A stretch of DNA of 63,458 nucleotides, filler included, from Sphacelaria rigidula (lineage: Eukaryota), in assembly GCA_964200075.2 (NCBI GenBank). It is 6 parts of 6 records of this genome, joined end to end, with 100 filler letters (N's around TTAATTAATTAA, not from the genome) between each part and the next. Parts side by side here need not be neighbours in the genome. Positions count along the whole stretch, not along the records: positions 1 to 10,494 come from CAXNAA020006395.1; positions 10,595 to 21,088 come from CAXNAA020006396.1; 4 more parts are not named here. One strand, given 5' to 3'. The position numbers were made by a program, and so were the translations under genes. The notes beneath the pieces were generated by a model, which made no database searches, was not told the DNA's origin, and saw only the letters and a list, made by a program, of their open reading frames with translations. Each line of letters begins with the position of its first letter. The stretch's first letter is position 1. Shown piece by piece: positions 1 through 11,321 of this stretch.

Positions 1-51
1 ATTTACGTGAAGATTTTGCCTCCCAAAAACCATGCACTTTTTTTTTTTTTT

Positions 52-130
52 GGGGGGGGGGGGTACTTATTTGTTGCTTGCCTTAGTCGTTCGACCATTG
101 ACCACGCATCCCTTTCGAGACGGAGCAATG
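52..130 (+). repeat. Short G-run-flanked interspersed repeat (~70-80 bp); other copies at 8527-8628 (+), 10400-10490 (-), 50691-50760 (-), 52800-52866 (-), variants at ~4990-5068 (+) and ~12345-12428 (-)
   Basis: The core TACTCATTTGTTGCTTGCCTTAGTCGTTTGACCATTGACCACGCATCCCTTTCGAGACGGAGC is recognisable in three contigs. Confidence 0.88.
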
Positions 131-952
131 CACTTTTGGGGGGGAAGGGCTATCGTAGAAAGTGTCCTGCAACGAAAGATGAGTGATTTTCAGAGTTTTT
201 TGCTGAGCGCGGGATGTGCTCTGGAAAGGTGACGGCCCGATGCATTCAGATCGTAGCACAGATCGCGAAAGAGAGCGCTCCGATCCCACACGTTGCGAAA
301 GAGGACTAGGGTGTTGAACTCGACCCCTCACAGTAGTCCCCCGAACAACCCGCCGTCCTCAACGGACGCAATGAAGAAATAAGCACAGACAAGGGACCGA
401 GATGGACATTGGCTTCCGCCGGGTCGTCAGGTTGATTGAGTCGGACGTTATCGGGGATAGTTGCGCTCGGACAAGAGGGGCACCATGTCATGGGCCATAT
501 AAAGCCGGGCCGTCAGAGTCAAGATGCGTTGCTTATTCAGGCTGCAGTTCCGTATGCGCGCATACAGGTGATCTTGATTCGATTTTTTTTAGCTTGAGCA
601 GGGGGCAGAGTAAAACACAAAACTGTACATCTAGGCCCCAATATCGGAAATTCGATGTTTTTGAGGGGGGGAGGAGGGGGGGGCACCCAGCCGTCTGTCC
701 CCTGGTTTATTGCCGAAGCGTTGGCGGATGCGGTCAGCTGCCGTGGACAGAGACCCTTGCCATGGAGACTTGAGGCCATCGGGACAGAGCGGGCAAGGAG
801 CAGAAGCAAACTTTATATAAACCCCGCAAAGCCCACCCGACTTTTCGATTTTCGTCGGTGTTTATTTCATCAATTGCTTGCAACAAAATTGATGGCAAAA
901 ACAAAGTCAGGACAACTTTCGAAAAAATGCCCTCCGGCATTTGAGGTCATCG

Positions 953-1159
953 TGTAATGCGTGAGAGGGCCGCGTGCTTAGAGGACCGCATCGGAATTTG
1001 AACACCCCTATGCTTATGGCTGGGGTTAGTGTTACGTGGTTAGGGTCAGGGACGTGGTCCCTGCAGGGACTGGCCCGATTGGTTTTGAAAAGCGTCGATC
1101 CTGAGGTGTTTCGAACTACGACGCGGTCCCCTGAGCACGCGTTCCTCTCACGCATTACA
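953..1159. mobile_element. MITE with TGT...ACA termini and a 4-bp TSD (Ginger-like)
   Basis: ~40-bp TIR TGTAATGCGTGAGAGG... / ...CCTCTCACGCATTACA; TSD ATCG at 949-952 and 1160-1163. Confidence 0.85.
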
Positions 1160-2780
1160 ATCGTGACAGAGTGGGCGAAATGAGTTGAAACAGAGATACG
1201 AACCACGCAAAGCCCACCAGATTTTTTTATTTTTGTCAACGTTCATGTATCAATTTCTTGCAACAAAATCAACAGAAAGAAATCAAAACAGTCTTTGTTG
1301 ATCAATTTCTTGCAACGAAGTCGGCGAAAAAAAATCATGACAATTTTCGAAAAAATGCCCTCCGGGGGGGGGGGGGCTACATGTCCGAAAAAAATTCCGC
1401 GCTATCCCCTGGCTCAACCGAGCTCTTCTCTTTTTGAGGTTGTAAAAAGGCTTGATATGCTTGAAGCGCGCATAAAGTTGCGATAATTTTTTATGTGCCT
1501 CCTGCAATGACTCTAGCAGCTGCCCGCAAGTGCTCCATGTGTCGTGACTCGTCACCTGACAGGCCGACAGGCTCCAAGCTTCAAGGGTGCAAGTATTCAA
1601 ACTTCCATTATCGTGTTTCGTGTTCCCGTGTGTCGCGGGTCTCATCAGAAAAGCGTACCACTTTATATTCTGTATATGTGGTACTACTGTACGATGTTAT
1701 AAAAAATGTGAACGATTGCTCATTGTCCGAGTCCTTTTCACGTCTCATTGTAATTCAAGCAGGGAGAACAGACAGTCTCGCGCTGTCTGTACTGCACGTT
1801 GCCTGCTTTTCGTTCACATCCTACTGTACGAAACAAGCATAGACCCGTCCACACACCCTGCATGCTAACAGTGCAGACAGTACGGAATGTACTGTTCACA
1901 AGAAACCAAGTACCGCTTTACGAATTTCACTTGCCTCTGTCGATCGAAAACTTCAAAATTCGCCTGGACCCAACTCTAGAAATATTATTATAGCGGAGTT
2001 CGCTGAAATCAAAATTTCACCACCCCTTTTTTTTCGATCGAAAGAAATGCCTCCGATGAATCAAGAATCATTATTTGAAAAGCGCGTCCACGTGTGCACC
2101 CAGCCGGACGTGGAACTCAAGGTAGGGAGAGTGTGACGGACACCCGGAACAGACAACATCTAGTGGTCTATATTGTGCTCTTCTGTTTGTTAGTTATGTC
2201 GTACTTTGTAAGTACCATCATACCCTGCACATTTCACCACCTTGATACCGTACTGTTGTACTGTTGTACTGTTAGACAGGCTATTGAGATGGGAATGTTA
2301 CGCCCAGTCGATCGGCGAAGAAGCGAATGGGCCTCCCGGTCGGTTGGGAAAAGAAGCGCAGAAGGTCATCTGCACCCATGACACGCACACGTCCCTGCTG
2401 CATTGCATCGCCGGCACGGTCTGTTCATCATTTATTCACGTCAAAACTGTGACAATGCAACACAGATGACCCGCCCTGAAGGTGCCCCTCCGTATAGGTC
2501 GAGACGAAGCCGATCGAAAACGCAGAGTAAAGTACAGCAGTGGAATGCTTTACATTACAGTACAGTGTTGTCTTCTATATCCCACCCGTTGCGTTCGTTC
2601 CGTTCGTCTGTGGGTACCACCAAGGATCAGACTACACGAAACTCGCCGACACCGTCATCCCTTCCTGCCTCCAGTTACAAGACAAATTCATGGGCTGCGG
2701 CGGGCATTCATTTGTGAAGTGAATAGTTCTCCCATAATAAACACATCTGACCCATCATGACGTGGCTGCTGTCTGTTTAA

Positions 2781-2878
2781 CCCTTAGACCGCGAGGTTAG
2801 TCTTCTGTTGCATCGGCATCGATTCCATGTAAAAAAAAGGATGCATGATCCAGAAAGACTAATCTCGCGGTCTAAGGG
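2781..2878. mobile_element. piggyBac-type MITE, 98 bp
   Basis: TTAA|CCCTTAGACCGCGAGGTTAGTCTT...AAGACTAATCTCGCGGTCTAAGGG|TTAA. Confidence 0.92.
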
Positions 2879-3598
2879 TTAAGTAGACAAAGCCGAAGTG
2901 CACCGTACAGCACAGTACAATCAGTACAGCGCAGCGCTGACTTGAAAAATAGAACAAAACAAACCAGGATACCGGGAGCCGAGTTTGAGATACCTCTAGT
3001 AGGAGAGAGGTCTGGAAATTTCAACGGGCGTGACTGAAACACATGACTGACGGACGTAACACGTTGACAACGCAACAGCTCCAACCCAACGCGACGAAAC
3101 GCGCCACAAGCGCAGCACGCCCGGTTTTACGCGAACGAACAACTGGTGTTTACTCAATGCCATACTTGCCGAAGAAACCCGCTCATCTTGGGACGGTGGT
3201 GCAAGCAGAAAGGAATCGGTGGGCCTAACGCGGTACGATAAAATGGTGAGGAATTACTGGATTGATTGACGCCCATTCTGTTCTGTTGGTCTCTCGAAAG
3301 TAAACTATTATGTTCTATTTGGGGGGGGGCTCTCGCTGTTGAAACGTCCATTTTGATCCATTTGTTTCGGCTCTCGCTGTTTGTGGTTCGCTGTTGAAGC
3401 GTCTATTCTGTTTTATGTTTGTCAGCTCTCGCTGCTGTTTGTGGTCTCTTTTTTTGCTGCTCTTTTTGCTGCCCCTGACCTCTTTTGCTGCTCCTGACCA
3501 CGTGATTTTTCATGTAAACTAGTGTTCCGAGAAGGATCACACGCTTACTTGATTCCAGTATCGAGCGACGGGTCATTTTGGCTAATACTATATAGGAG

Positions 3599-3725
3599 GG
3601 AAGGAAGGAATAGGAAGGATAGGAAGAATAGGAAGGATAGGAAGGATAGGAAGGATAGGAAGGATAGGAAGGATAGGAAGGATAGGAAGGATAGGAAGGA
3701 TGATGATGATGATGATGATGATGAT
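3599..3725. repeat. (GGAAGGATA)n minisatellite followed by (GAT)n
   Basis: Seen directly. Confidence 0.97.
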
Positions 3726-3869
3726 TGGACACTTCGACACGATTCAGCCGAGGGCTCTAGGTTCTTAGCATATAGCATCTTCAAAGATGCATACGAGCTG
3801 GTCCAGCCTATTACAGAAACGGATCTGAAGATTGCAGGCCCATTCTCACCTCACGTTTGACAATTGGAC

Positions 3870-4620
3870 TTTCAAAATTTGCTGTGCAAAATGAGTAGGG
3901 CATAATAAGAAAAATCATTTGGGACATGGAAGATTTTTTCTTTTCATAAATCTCAAGGATATTTTACTGACTGGATCTTGATTATTGCCCTCAACTCTTG
4001 AAAAAAAAAACTACATGCCCCGGCGAAATATTTTTCAATATGTCCTGTTCATTCTCCATACTACCTTCGAAAGTCGAACTCTCAAAATTGAGGTGAGAGT
4101 GGGCGATTCAGAAGCCGGACCAGTAGAAATTCGGAACAGCTTTCGCAAGCCACTTACCGGCCCAGGTTTAGTACTTGCGCTTTGAAAATCTGAGTGGGAA
4201 TCCTGAGTTCTTGTGTGGAAATCGCTAGGGCATACTGAACCAAAAAATGGAACGGGTTAACAAGATGACCATTTTTTACGAGAACGCCCCCATCTCACCA
4301 AAAAAATGTGAAGGTCAAACCTTTTCTTGTTTTCAGTATGCCCTTGCGATTATCCATACTCGATTTTAAATCACAGTTCTGAAAGTTGAGCTGAGAAAGT
4401 TAGAAAAGGGCCAAAAACAATGTTTATTTTTCCTCAAAACACCTCTCAAGAAAAAGAAATCATCACAAAAAATCTTTGAGGAGCTGTTTTTTTTCTTCAT
4501 TATGCCCTTGCGATTCTCCGTACCAAACTTAGAACCACAACTCTCAGAAACTGAGACGCGAAATACAGCTTTAGTGCATTTGTGCCTCTGCTCGATATAA
4601 ATTGAGTTTAGAGCTATCCC
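3870..4620. repeat. Modular inverted-repeat family, also at 20605-20960
   Basis: Repeated TAGGGCATA / TATGCCCT modules; GCCGG..GTAGAA.TTCGGAACAG...CCACT.ACCGGCCCA is shared between ~4113 and ~20614. Confidence 0.6.
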
Positions 4621-5705
4621 TATAGAATCTTATGTGCGCCATATCTTTAGATAGTTAACGAATTAGGTAAAGAAGAGGATATTGATCGCTTCCCCGTATT
4701 CCAGGGAATGTTCACACCAAAAATCGCCATCATCCGCTGTATATATCGTTCGAGGTTTCATTACAGACTTTAGCATGAACACCATATCCGTACGGTATAG
4801 GAACTACTAATACTTGACATGGCTTTCAATCGACGAGGAAGAGACTAATCAGATATGCGGGTGACAGCCCAATTTGTCCGTGTCGATGAGATATTGCAGT
4901 AGGAGCTTAAATCCGTTCCTGGGAGGGACCAGCGTGTAGCACATCCAATTTACACTTGCCAAAAGGGGCGGCAGGAGGTAGGGGCCAGTAGGGGGGTGGG
5001 GGGAAATATACTCATGACTTGCAGGTCGTAGTCGTGATACCATTGACCTCGCACCCCTACAATTCCGCGACAGAGCACGCCGGATTTTCACCCGACCAAG
5101 CTCGTAATCGCCCAGCACCGAGCGCCGTTATATATTCTGCGAGTCGCATGAAGGGTGAGCTAAATCCTACAAAGGTTGGTCGGCCCGAAGCGCACTAATT
5201 ATTGTGCACATAAATGACAGCCTCGAATGAGTGGCTTCATTTTCTGGTATCGTCCAGAAACAGCCACGGGTCACACTGCCTCATGGATGTCTAACCAATC
5301 AAGTACCACTTGGCATGATCATCCCCTTTGCGCGGAGTTGAGATTCACCATCCCGCACAATACGAGCTGGGCCAGCTGACAGTGATTTTCGAATGTTTCC
5401 GGACCAGTTTGTGGGTGATTCGAGAAGTTGGGCGCTGAATTTTTGACACGACATTTTCATCACCAATAAATCAAAATACACAACCTTCGGATGCGACGAA
5501 AAACACGAAGGAGAAAAAGTTGGCAATTTGAAGTTTCTGCAAAATCTGGAAAAGTGCTATAACTCCGTGAAAATGAAGAAATATGTCAGTATCCCTCGGG
5601 TTGTTGGTTGTTGTGCGTACTTGTGTGCAGGAGATCCTGGTGCAATGTTGGCCAAAAATACCTCAAATTGGGCGCAGCAGGGCATTTCTGGTGTGACAAC
5701 AATGC

Positions 5706-5782
5706 GCCTCTTTGGTCCAAGTGATACAGGAGACTCCAGTTACGGAGGTCACGAGTTCGAATCCCGACGGATTCCTTTTTTT
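5706..5782 (+). mobile_element. tRNA-derived SINE head or tRNA pseudogene
   Basis: A-box-like TGGTCCAAGTG, B-box-like GAGTTCGAATCC and a T7 run; no complete cloverleaf. Confidence 0.45.
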
Positions 5783-6539
5783 GTTTCGTCGGTAAGGTTA
5801 TAGATTATGCAGTACATTTTTTTCCTCATTTTTTTCCTCATCCAGCGGCGGTGTCGTGCGTCACCCGATTGGTCCGCAGGTCACAGCGATGTACTCAAGT
5901 CGGGCTGATTTGGTAAGCTTGGTTCTCGTAAGTTATGGTATGACATGCAAATGCGGGATTTACTGCTGGCCCAGCTCGTATGATAACTCAATCACCATCA
6001 TGGTTAACGTGAACAATCGCAAGCGAGGAAAACAAACGGAGAGGTGGTTGCCGAGCTTACGCAGTAAGTGGCGTGTTTCACAAGGCCGTTGCCAACAGAC
6101 GCCAACCCCCTACGGGGAATAGGTCGGGGGGAGGGGGGGGGGTCTTCACCCCAATAACTGAGCTGCCAGACGCCATTAAAGCTCGAAGTTGAAGTTGTCT
6201 TATGTGTTCAAGTTCTTCACTAAACGCGAGGAAGGGATGTGCACCGTTTCGAGAGATTGACACGTGTCAACCATGAGTCAGGAAACTCAGTGCTAGGTGA
6301 CAGAACCAAACTTTGTGTGCGACATGGTACCCCTACAGCTTCTGCACCCACCCTTAGAGTGCGCATGAGCGACTTTCCCGTCAATCCGAACTGCATTCAC
6401 TGTTGCCCCTCCTCTTCCCCCCACAAACAAGATGATGGTGAGGAAGGTGTGGGGGGGGGGGACTTGAGAGACGCACCACCGTTCGTATCTATCGTATATT
6501 GTTTCATCACAAGAAAATAACCAGATATTATCCACTCGC

Positions 6540-7901
6540 CTGGCTAGCGAGAGCGTCCTTCTTCCGTTGGTCCGTCGTGTTATGGCTCTTCAACACCACC
6601 ATCTTCCATGCTTTCAAGCTCGTCAGTCCCTGGGTCGACCGATGGTGTTCAGAAGCGGCTGTCAACGGCGCATGGAGTTTCATGTTTCAAGATCTACCCA
6701 TCGAAGGTAGACTCCCCTTCACACTACTCTTACCAATAGCTCGCGATGTTCAGATCCCGTTGGCTTTGTTTCCTCTCCTTTCTTTCTCCTTGGCGGAAGG
6801 AGGAAAGCCAACCCAACACTCACCTCGCAAAACGAGTCCGCCCGGAGGTTCGGCTACATTGCATCGCGGCAGTCATATGGGGAAGGCCCCTCGAGTGTTC
6901 GCGAGCTTTGCTCAGGGCAGTGTGGGGGATGCTCCCACTAAAAACCCTCCATCAACTTGGCGTAGTGCGCGCGCCGCCATACTCTTAGGAGCTTCGGCTC
7001 TAACAACTTCCTCGTCGAGGATCACTTACTCGATGCAGCATCAGCATCATCGAGCTCTAGAACGACAAAGAGAAGCTGTTGTCAAACAGAAGCTCGTGCG
7101 AGGACTTTACAACAAACGGTACTTACAATAGGCGGAAGTCGCCAAATTTCACCACGGAACAGTTTTTTTTTTCTGTCATTTTTGTTGTTGTTCGTTTTTT
7201 CAAGTCAACGACACTTTCGCTTTTGTTCTTCAGGACGCTACGTCATTTTCATCTTGTCCACCAAGGTCGTCAAGCTAACGTTTTCACTTTTTTCCATCAT
7301 AATAATATCACTCTTCAGGCCGCTACTTATAGCAGACAAACAAACAAGTCCTGTGCTCCTTCGTCGTTTCACGCCCTAAAAGAGAGCTGGGAAGAGTTGG
7401 ACACGTGGAAACGACTTGCTCTACTCGTCCAGGCAGTTCCGAGATATCTTTGCGTTTTCCGGTGGCCGCAGTTTTTATTTTGGTCAAACAATCATTTTTG
7501 TCCTTGGACGGTCAAGTGCAGACAAAATTGGCAGTTTTCTTGAAGGTTTGGCCGTTCTTGGCCGTTCTTGGCCGTTCGTGGCCAAACATTCAATCTTGGC
7601 CAAAATAAAACTGCGGCCACTAGACAACGTAATGTCCAAGGACCGTCTCAACGAGTAGAGCAAGTCATTCCAAGTTGTCAAACGCCGCCTAGCTCTCTTT
7701 AAGGGCGTAAAATGACGAAGAAGGATCACAACAGCATTTTTACAGGACTTTATTTTTGTCTGCTATAAGAAGCGGCCTCAGCCTTTGAATTCTCTCCAGT
7801 ACCTTCTTCCCTTCCTCGTCGATGAAGTCCATACCAAAGAAGGAAAACACGCTCTCCAGGGTGCCCGTCGGATCCACAGCTAAGTCTTCCATGAAGACGA
7901 C
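6540..7901 (-). CDS. Probable sulfotransferase, two internal exons; complement(join(6540..6629,7803..7901))
   Basis: Two phase-0 exons encode VVFMEDLAVDPTGTLESVFSFFGMDFIDEEGKK|GLTSLKAWKMVVLKSHNTTDQRKKDALASQ. The first matches the C-terminal sulfotransferase pattern (lv.yEDL..DP...l..v..FlG). Acceptors are AG; donors are GT (7802) and GC (6539). Flanking exons were not located. Confidence 0.6.
7317..7778. mobile_element. MITE with ~130-bp TIRs in the sulfotransferase intron
   Basis: AGGCCGCTACTTATAGCAGACAAA...GACTTGCTCTACTCG is mirrored by CGAGTAGAGCAAGTC...TTTGTCTGCTATAAGAAGCGGCCT; there is an internal (TTGGCCGTTC)n repeat. Confidence 0.75.
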
Positions 7902-9207
7902 CTTTTCGGAATAATTATCACAAAAAAGTAGAAAGTATCGAATGGCCGATTAGTCGATTTGTCGTCACACATCAACGAAATCCCCAAGGCATCCAGCCGC
8001 GCATATAGACGGAGAGGAAAAGAGAGAGAATATTGTTGAAACAGGAGAAGAAAAAACGTACGTGGTCGTCTGTCTTGAAAATGATTAAACTTATTTTCGG
8101 CGAGGAGAGCAAAACAAAATAAAAAAAGTCGAAAACAAGACAACAACAAAAAAAGAAACCCGCTCATGTCTTGACCCGTGACGGAGCGCGCCTGCAGATG
8201 ACCAGCCACGACCGGCAGTCGTCTATAGGGAGTAGAAAGTTGATGACTTATCAACAGAGGAACACACCACGGCGATCCAACAGTCGATTACTCCTTCCCC
8301 AGAACAGATCATCCACACAACTGGCTCACCGCAACAACCAAGCAAAACGTGGACGGAGGAATGCGCTTAGATCGCAGACAGTGAATGAGCGCCTGACCTC
8401 AAGCCCCGAAAACTTCCATCGAGTCAAAACCCTTGCCAAGCCACACGACGTGTGTGTGTGTGTGTGTGCGTGTGTGTGTGCGTGCTGTACTGTACAAGAG
8501 TAGAATCATCCTACGATAGGTGGGATGGGGGGGGGGGAGGGGCGGCGTACTCATTTGTTGCTTCCCTTAGACTTTTGACCATTGACCACGCATCCCTTTC
8601 GAGACGGAGCAATGGGGGGGGGGGGGGGACTCGAGCCATTTCTTCCACGAAATTCCACTTCAAGTCATCGTTGAAAGCAGCAACGGTTGTTCGAATGCGC
8701 TTGATACCGACAAATAACGCTCGTTCACACTGCTTGACACCATTTATACCCAAGAACAAGCGCACCGCGAGTGTAAGGTCGTCTGATAGACATGCCACCT
8801 ATGAGTTCTTTTTGTCGTGGAATCAAACACCCCTCCACCCTATCGTAGCATGGCTCAGTATCAGGTTCCATTGTTATACTCCGCCACTGCTACCATAACA
8901 GCTTTCTGAAAACAAGAAAAAAAAATTTAAAAAAAACTCATGTTCGCAACGGAAAAAAAACGGAGTGTGATACGAATAGTTTGAAATAACTCAATAACTG
9001 CGTCACCCCGAAAATACGATGGAACAAGTTGATCACCTGTTATTTTTTTCTTATTTTTGCTCTACACAGGGATTGGAAATTACAGAGACACGTCTCGAGA
9101 AAAAGCGGCTTTTACTCCAGTCCAGTTCGGTGCAAAAAAGTGACGGTTAGAACAGAGTTGCTTCTCGTCAAAATCATGAACGCTGTGAGAGTCAGACGTC
9201 GACTGTG

Positions 9208-9209
<2 letters not shown>

Positions 9210-9260
<51 letters not shown>
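9210..9260. repeat. (TG)n microsatellite; others at 8449-8483 and 29108-29159, (TA)n at 25443-25527
   Basis: Seen directly. Confidence 0.97.
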
Positions 9261-9262
<2 letters not shown>

Positions 9263-9779
9263 TTTCATTCCCACAATATAATTTTTCATCACATACACCA
9301 GAACGAAGTGCGTCGTACGGCAAGATAGATAGCGCGAACGACCAAGATTCGACTACAAACGCACATTTCGACACTTTCCCTTCTTGCAAAACATTCGTTG
9401 TGTGTGAAACTTCTCCAAAATGAGATCTGAGTCCAACTGAATATTTCGAACTTCTTGGAGGATATATGGATGTATTTATTTATTTTTTTGAGCCAAGGAG
9501 TCAATCCACTTCTTTTTTTTTCCGGCTCTGAATCTTCGTATTTTTTCCCTACAGTTTTTTCGGCATTTTTTCATGAAAAGACAAAGAAAATGAAACATCA
9601 TACCAACCTCATACTGAAAAAAAAAGCCCTCATTCGGCAACACCTATCTTTCACCGCGATATATCGTAATCGTTGCATCATCGTGTCTAGGGAGGAGGAG
9701 GAGGGGGGGGTGGGGGGGGCGTGGTGTGGATAAGAGCATATAAGTACAGCCTTGCAAAATCAGAACCACACTACAGGCT

Positions 9780-10318
9780 CCTCTGAAGCCGCTTTTCATG
9801 GCAAAACGAAACTAACAAATTGGAACGCTGCCCGTTTTGGAGCTTCTGCGTCGTTTTGCGCCCCTAAAATAGAGATAGGCGGAATGCAACACTTTGGAAT
9901 GTCTTGCTGTACCAGATGAGACGGTTCCAGCAAAAATGTGCACTTTTTCCCGGGGGTCGCAATTGTTTCTCGGCCGAACTTGCATCTTACTCGGAGATTG
10001 CTCAGTTTTTCTCGGAGACCGGTCAAATTCCCAAAAACCTGCGAAGTTTATCTGGACTTGATCGATCTCCGAGGAAAATGAGCTATCTCCGAGAAAAACG
10101 CAATTTTGGTCACGAAGAAAGCTGCGACACTCGGGGAAAAGCGCAGGCGGGCTGGAACCGTCTCAATGAGAACAGCAAAGGCATATTTCAAGGTATCAAA
10201 ATCCGCCTGTTGTAGCTCTTTTTTGAGGCGTAAAACGACGCAGGAGGTCCAAAAAGGTAGCTTTCCAGATTTCAATTCTTGTTATAGTGTTTTGCCAGAA
10301 GAGGCGGCCTCACAGAGG
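9780..10318. mobile_element. MITE with ~150-bp degenerate TIRs, related to 7317-7778
   Basis: GAGACGGTTCCAGC / GCTGGAACCGTCTC and GCGTCGTTTTGCGCC / GGCGTAAAACGACGC mirror each other; the terminal motif resembles that of 7317-7778. Confidence 0.7.
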
Positions 10319-10494
10319 TAATGTCCATCCAATGTTCGTTGTCGTGAGACGTACTTTCGAGGACGTTTTTCGTTCTTCATTAGCGATACCGAGCAAGAAA
10401 CCCCCCCCCCTCCCCTCTCCCGTCTCGAAAGGGATGCGTGGTCAACGGTCAAACGACTAGGACACGCAACGAATGAGTACCCCCCCCTTCTCCT

Positions 10495-10594
10495 NNNNNN
10501 NNNNNNNNNNNNNNNNNNNNNNNNNNNNNNNNNNNNNNTTAATTAATTAANNNNNNNNNNNNNNNNNNNNNNNNNNNNNNNNNNNNNNNNNNNN
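10495..10594. other. Artificial contig-joining spacer (44N-TTAATTAATTAA-44N)
   Basis: Exactly 100 bp with a six-frame-stop 12-mer at 10539-10550; identical to four other spacers. Confidence 0.99.
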
Positions 10595-10699
10595 CGGTTT
10601 TTTTCGGTTTTTTTAAAAAAACCGACAGAAACCGACCGACTTTTTGGAGAAAAACCGAAAAACCGACCGAGCCATTTTCAGCTTCGGTTCACAACACTG
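10595..10699. mobile_element. One end of a hAT-like element at the contig start
   Basis: AACCGA subterminal repeats end in ...TCGGTTCACAACACTG (reverse complement CAGTGTTGTG, a hAT-type terminus). Confidence 0.6.
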
Positions 10700-10799
10700 A
10701 CGGGAAGGTACCGCCAGATGTTAAGCTGTATGTCAATTTTCTAACACTCGCTGGCCGTTTCCAGCAGCGTTTCCTTGCTCCTCTCGGCATTTAAAACGG

Positions 10800-11230
10800 A
10801 GGGTACTGTGGCGAAATCACGCCGTCACGGATGAGTATATAGTGGATCCTGGATGATGACCAGGGGACAAGGGCAGCCTGTGGATGATGACCCTTGCTGT
10901 GTAGCCCAGGCCAGATGGTTCAGGGCTGCAGGTGTTTCACTCCGAAATAATGATAAGGTGTTGTAAAGGCTGACTGAGACCTTGAGGCCAGTGGAGCTGG
11001 GGAGTCCCTCAACAGCATTTAGACGCTGCAGTACTAGCAAACCTGCTAGCATCACAACATCGATATTGTGACGCTAATCATCAGGTTCGCACGGGCCATA
11101 CCCAGCCACAGCGCGCGCAGGAAAAGTGGGAATATTTACCCAGCGCGACAGCAAGTCACCCCACGCGTTACGCTCACCCGAAATGTGACAAATCGTGTAC
11201 CAATACTGTCCTAATGCTCCTACAGCTTGA
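10800..11230 (-). mobile_element. Ty3/gypsy pol fragment (RNase H C-terminus and linker)
   Basis: YTICHISGERNAWGDLLSRW matches the gypsy RNase H end motif (I.HI.G..N...D.LSR). Confidence 0.7.
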
Positions 11231-11321
11231 GTAAAATGAACCACTCTGAAGCCCCAGCTGTCACAGTGTTGCCGTAGTAAAGCAAGCTGCACCCCCCCAA
11301 AAGGGATGTTAGCGAGCTATA

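Noticed and set aside
52..130. HDV-like ribozyme in the G-flanked repeat (CATTG/CAATG pairing, ACC(A/T)CG loop)
   Set aside because: A 3-bp P3 and the GG needed for P1.1 cannot be formed, so the topology is incomplete.
2623..2718. Possible plus-strand exon (SDYTKLADTVIPSCLQLQDKFMGCGGHSFVK) and a minus-strand candidate at 8630-8808
   Set aside because: Splice-like borders exist, but there are no partner exons or recognisable family.
3403..3860. ORFs with RKD/PSY/SFL repeats and poly-D/H
   Set aside because: They are translations of the (GGAAGGATA)n and (GAT)n repeats, open in several frames.
5706..5782. Functional tRNA genes (also 28615, 43700 and 11520)
   Set aside because: A/B boxes are present but there is no 7-bp acceptor stem or canonical anticodon loop; treated as SINE heads.
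6499..7131. 210-aa plus-strand ORF
   Set aside because: No recognisable domain; it is antisense to a sulfotransferase-like exon and otherwise intronic.
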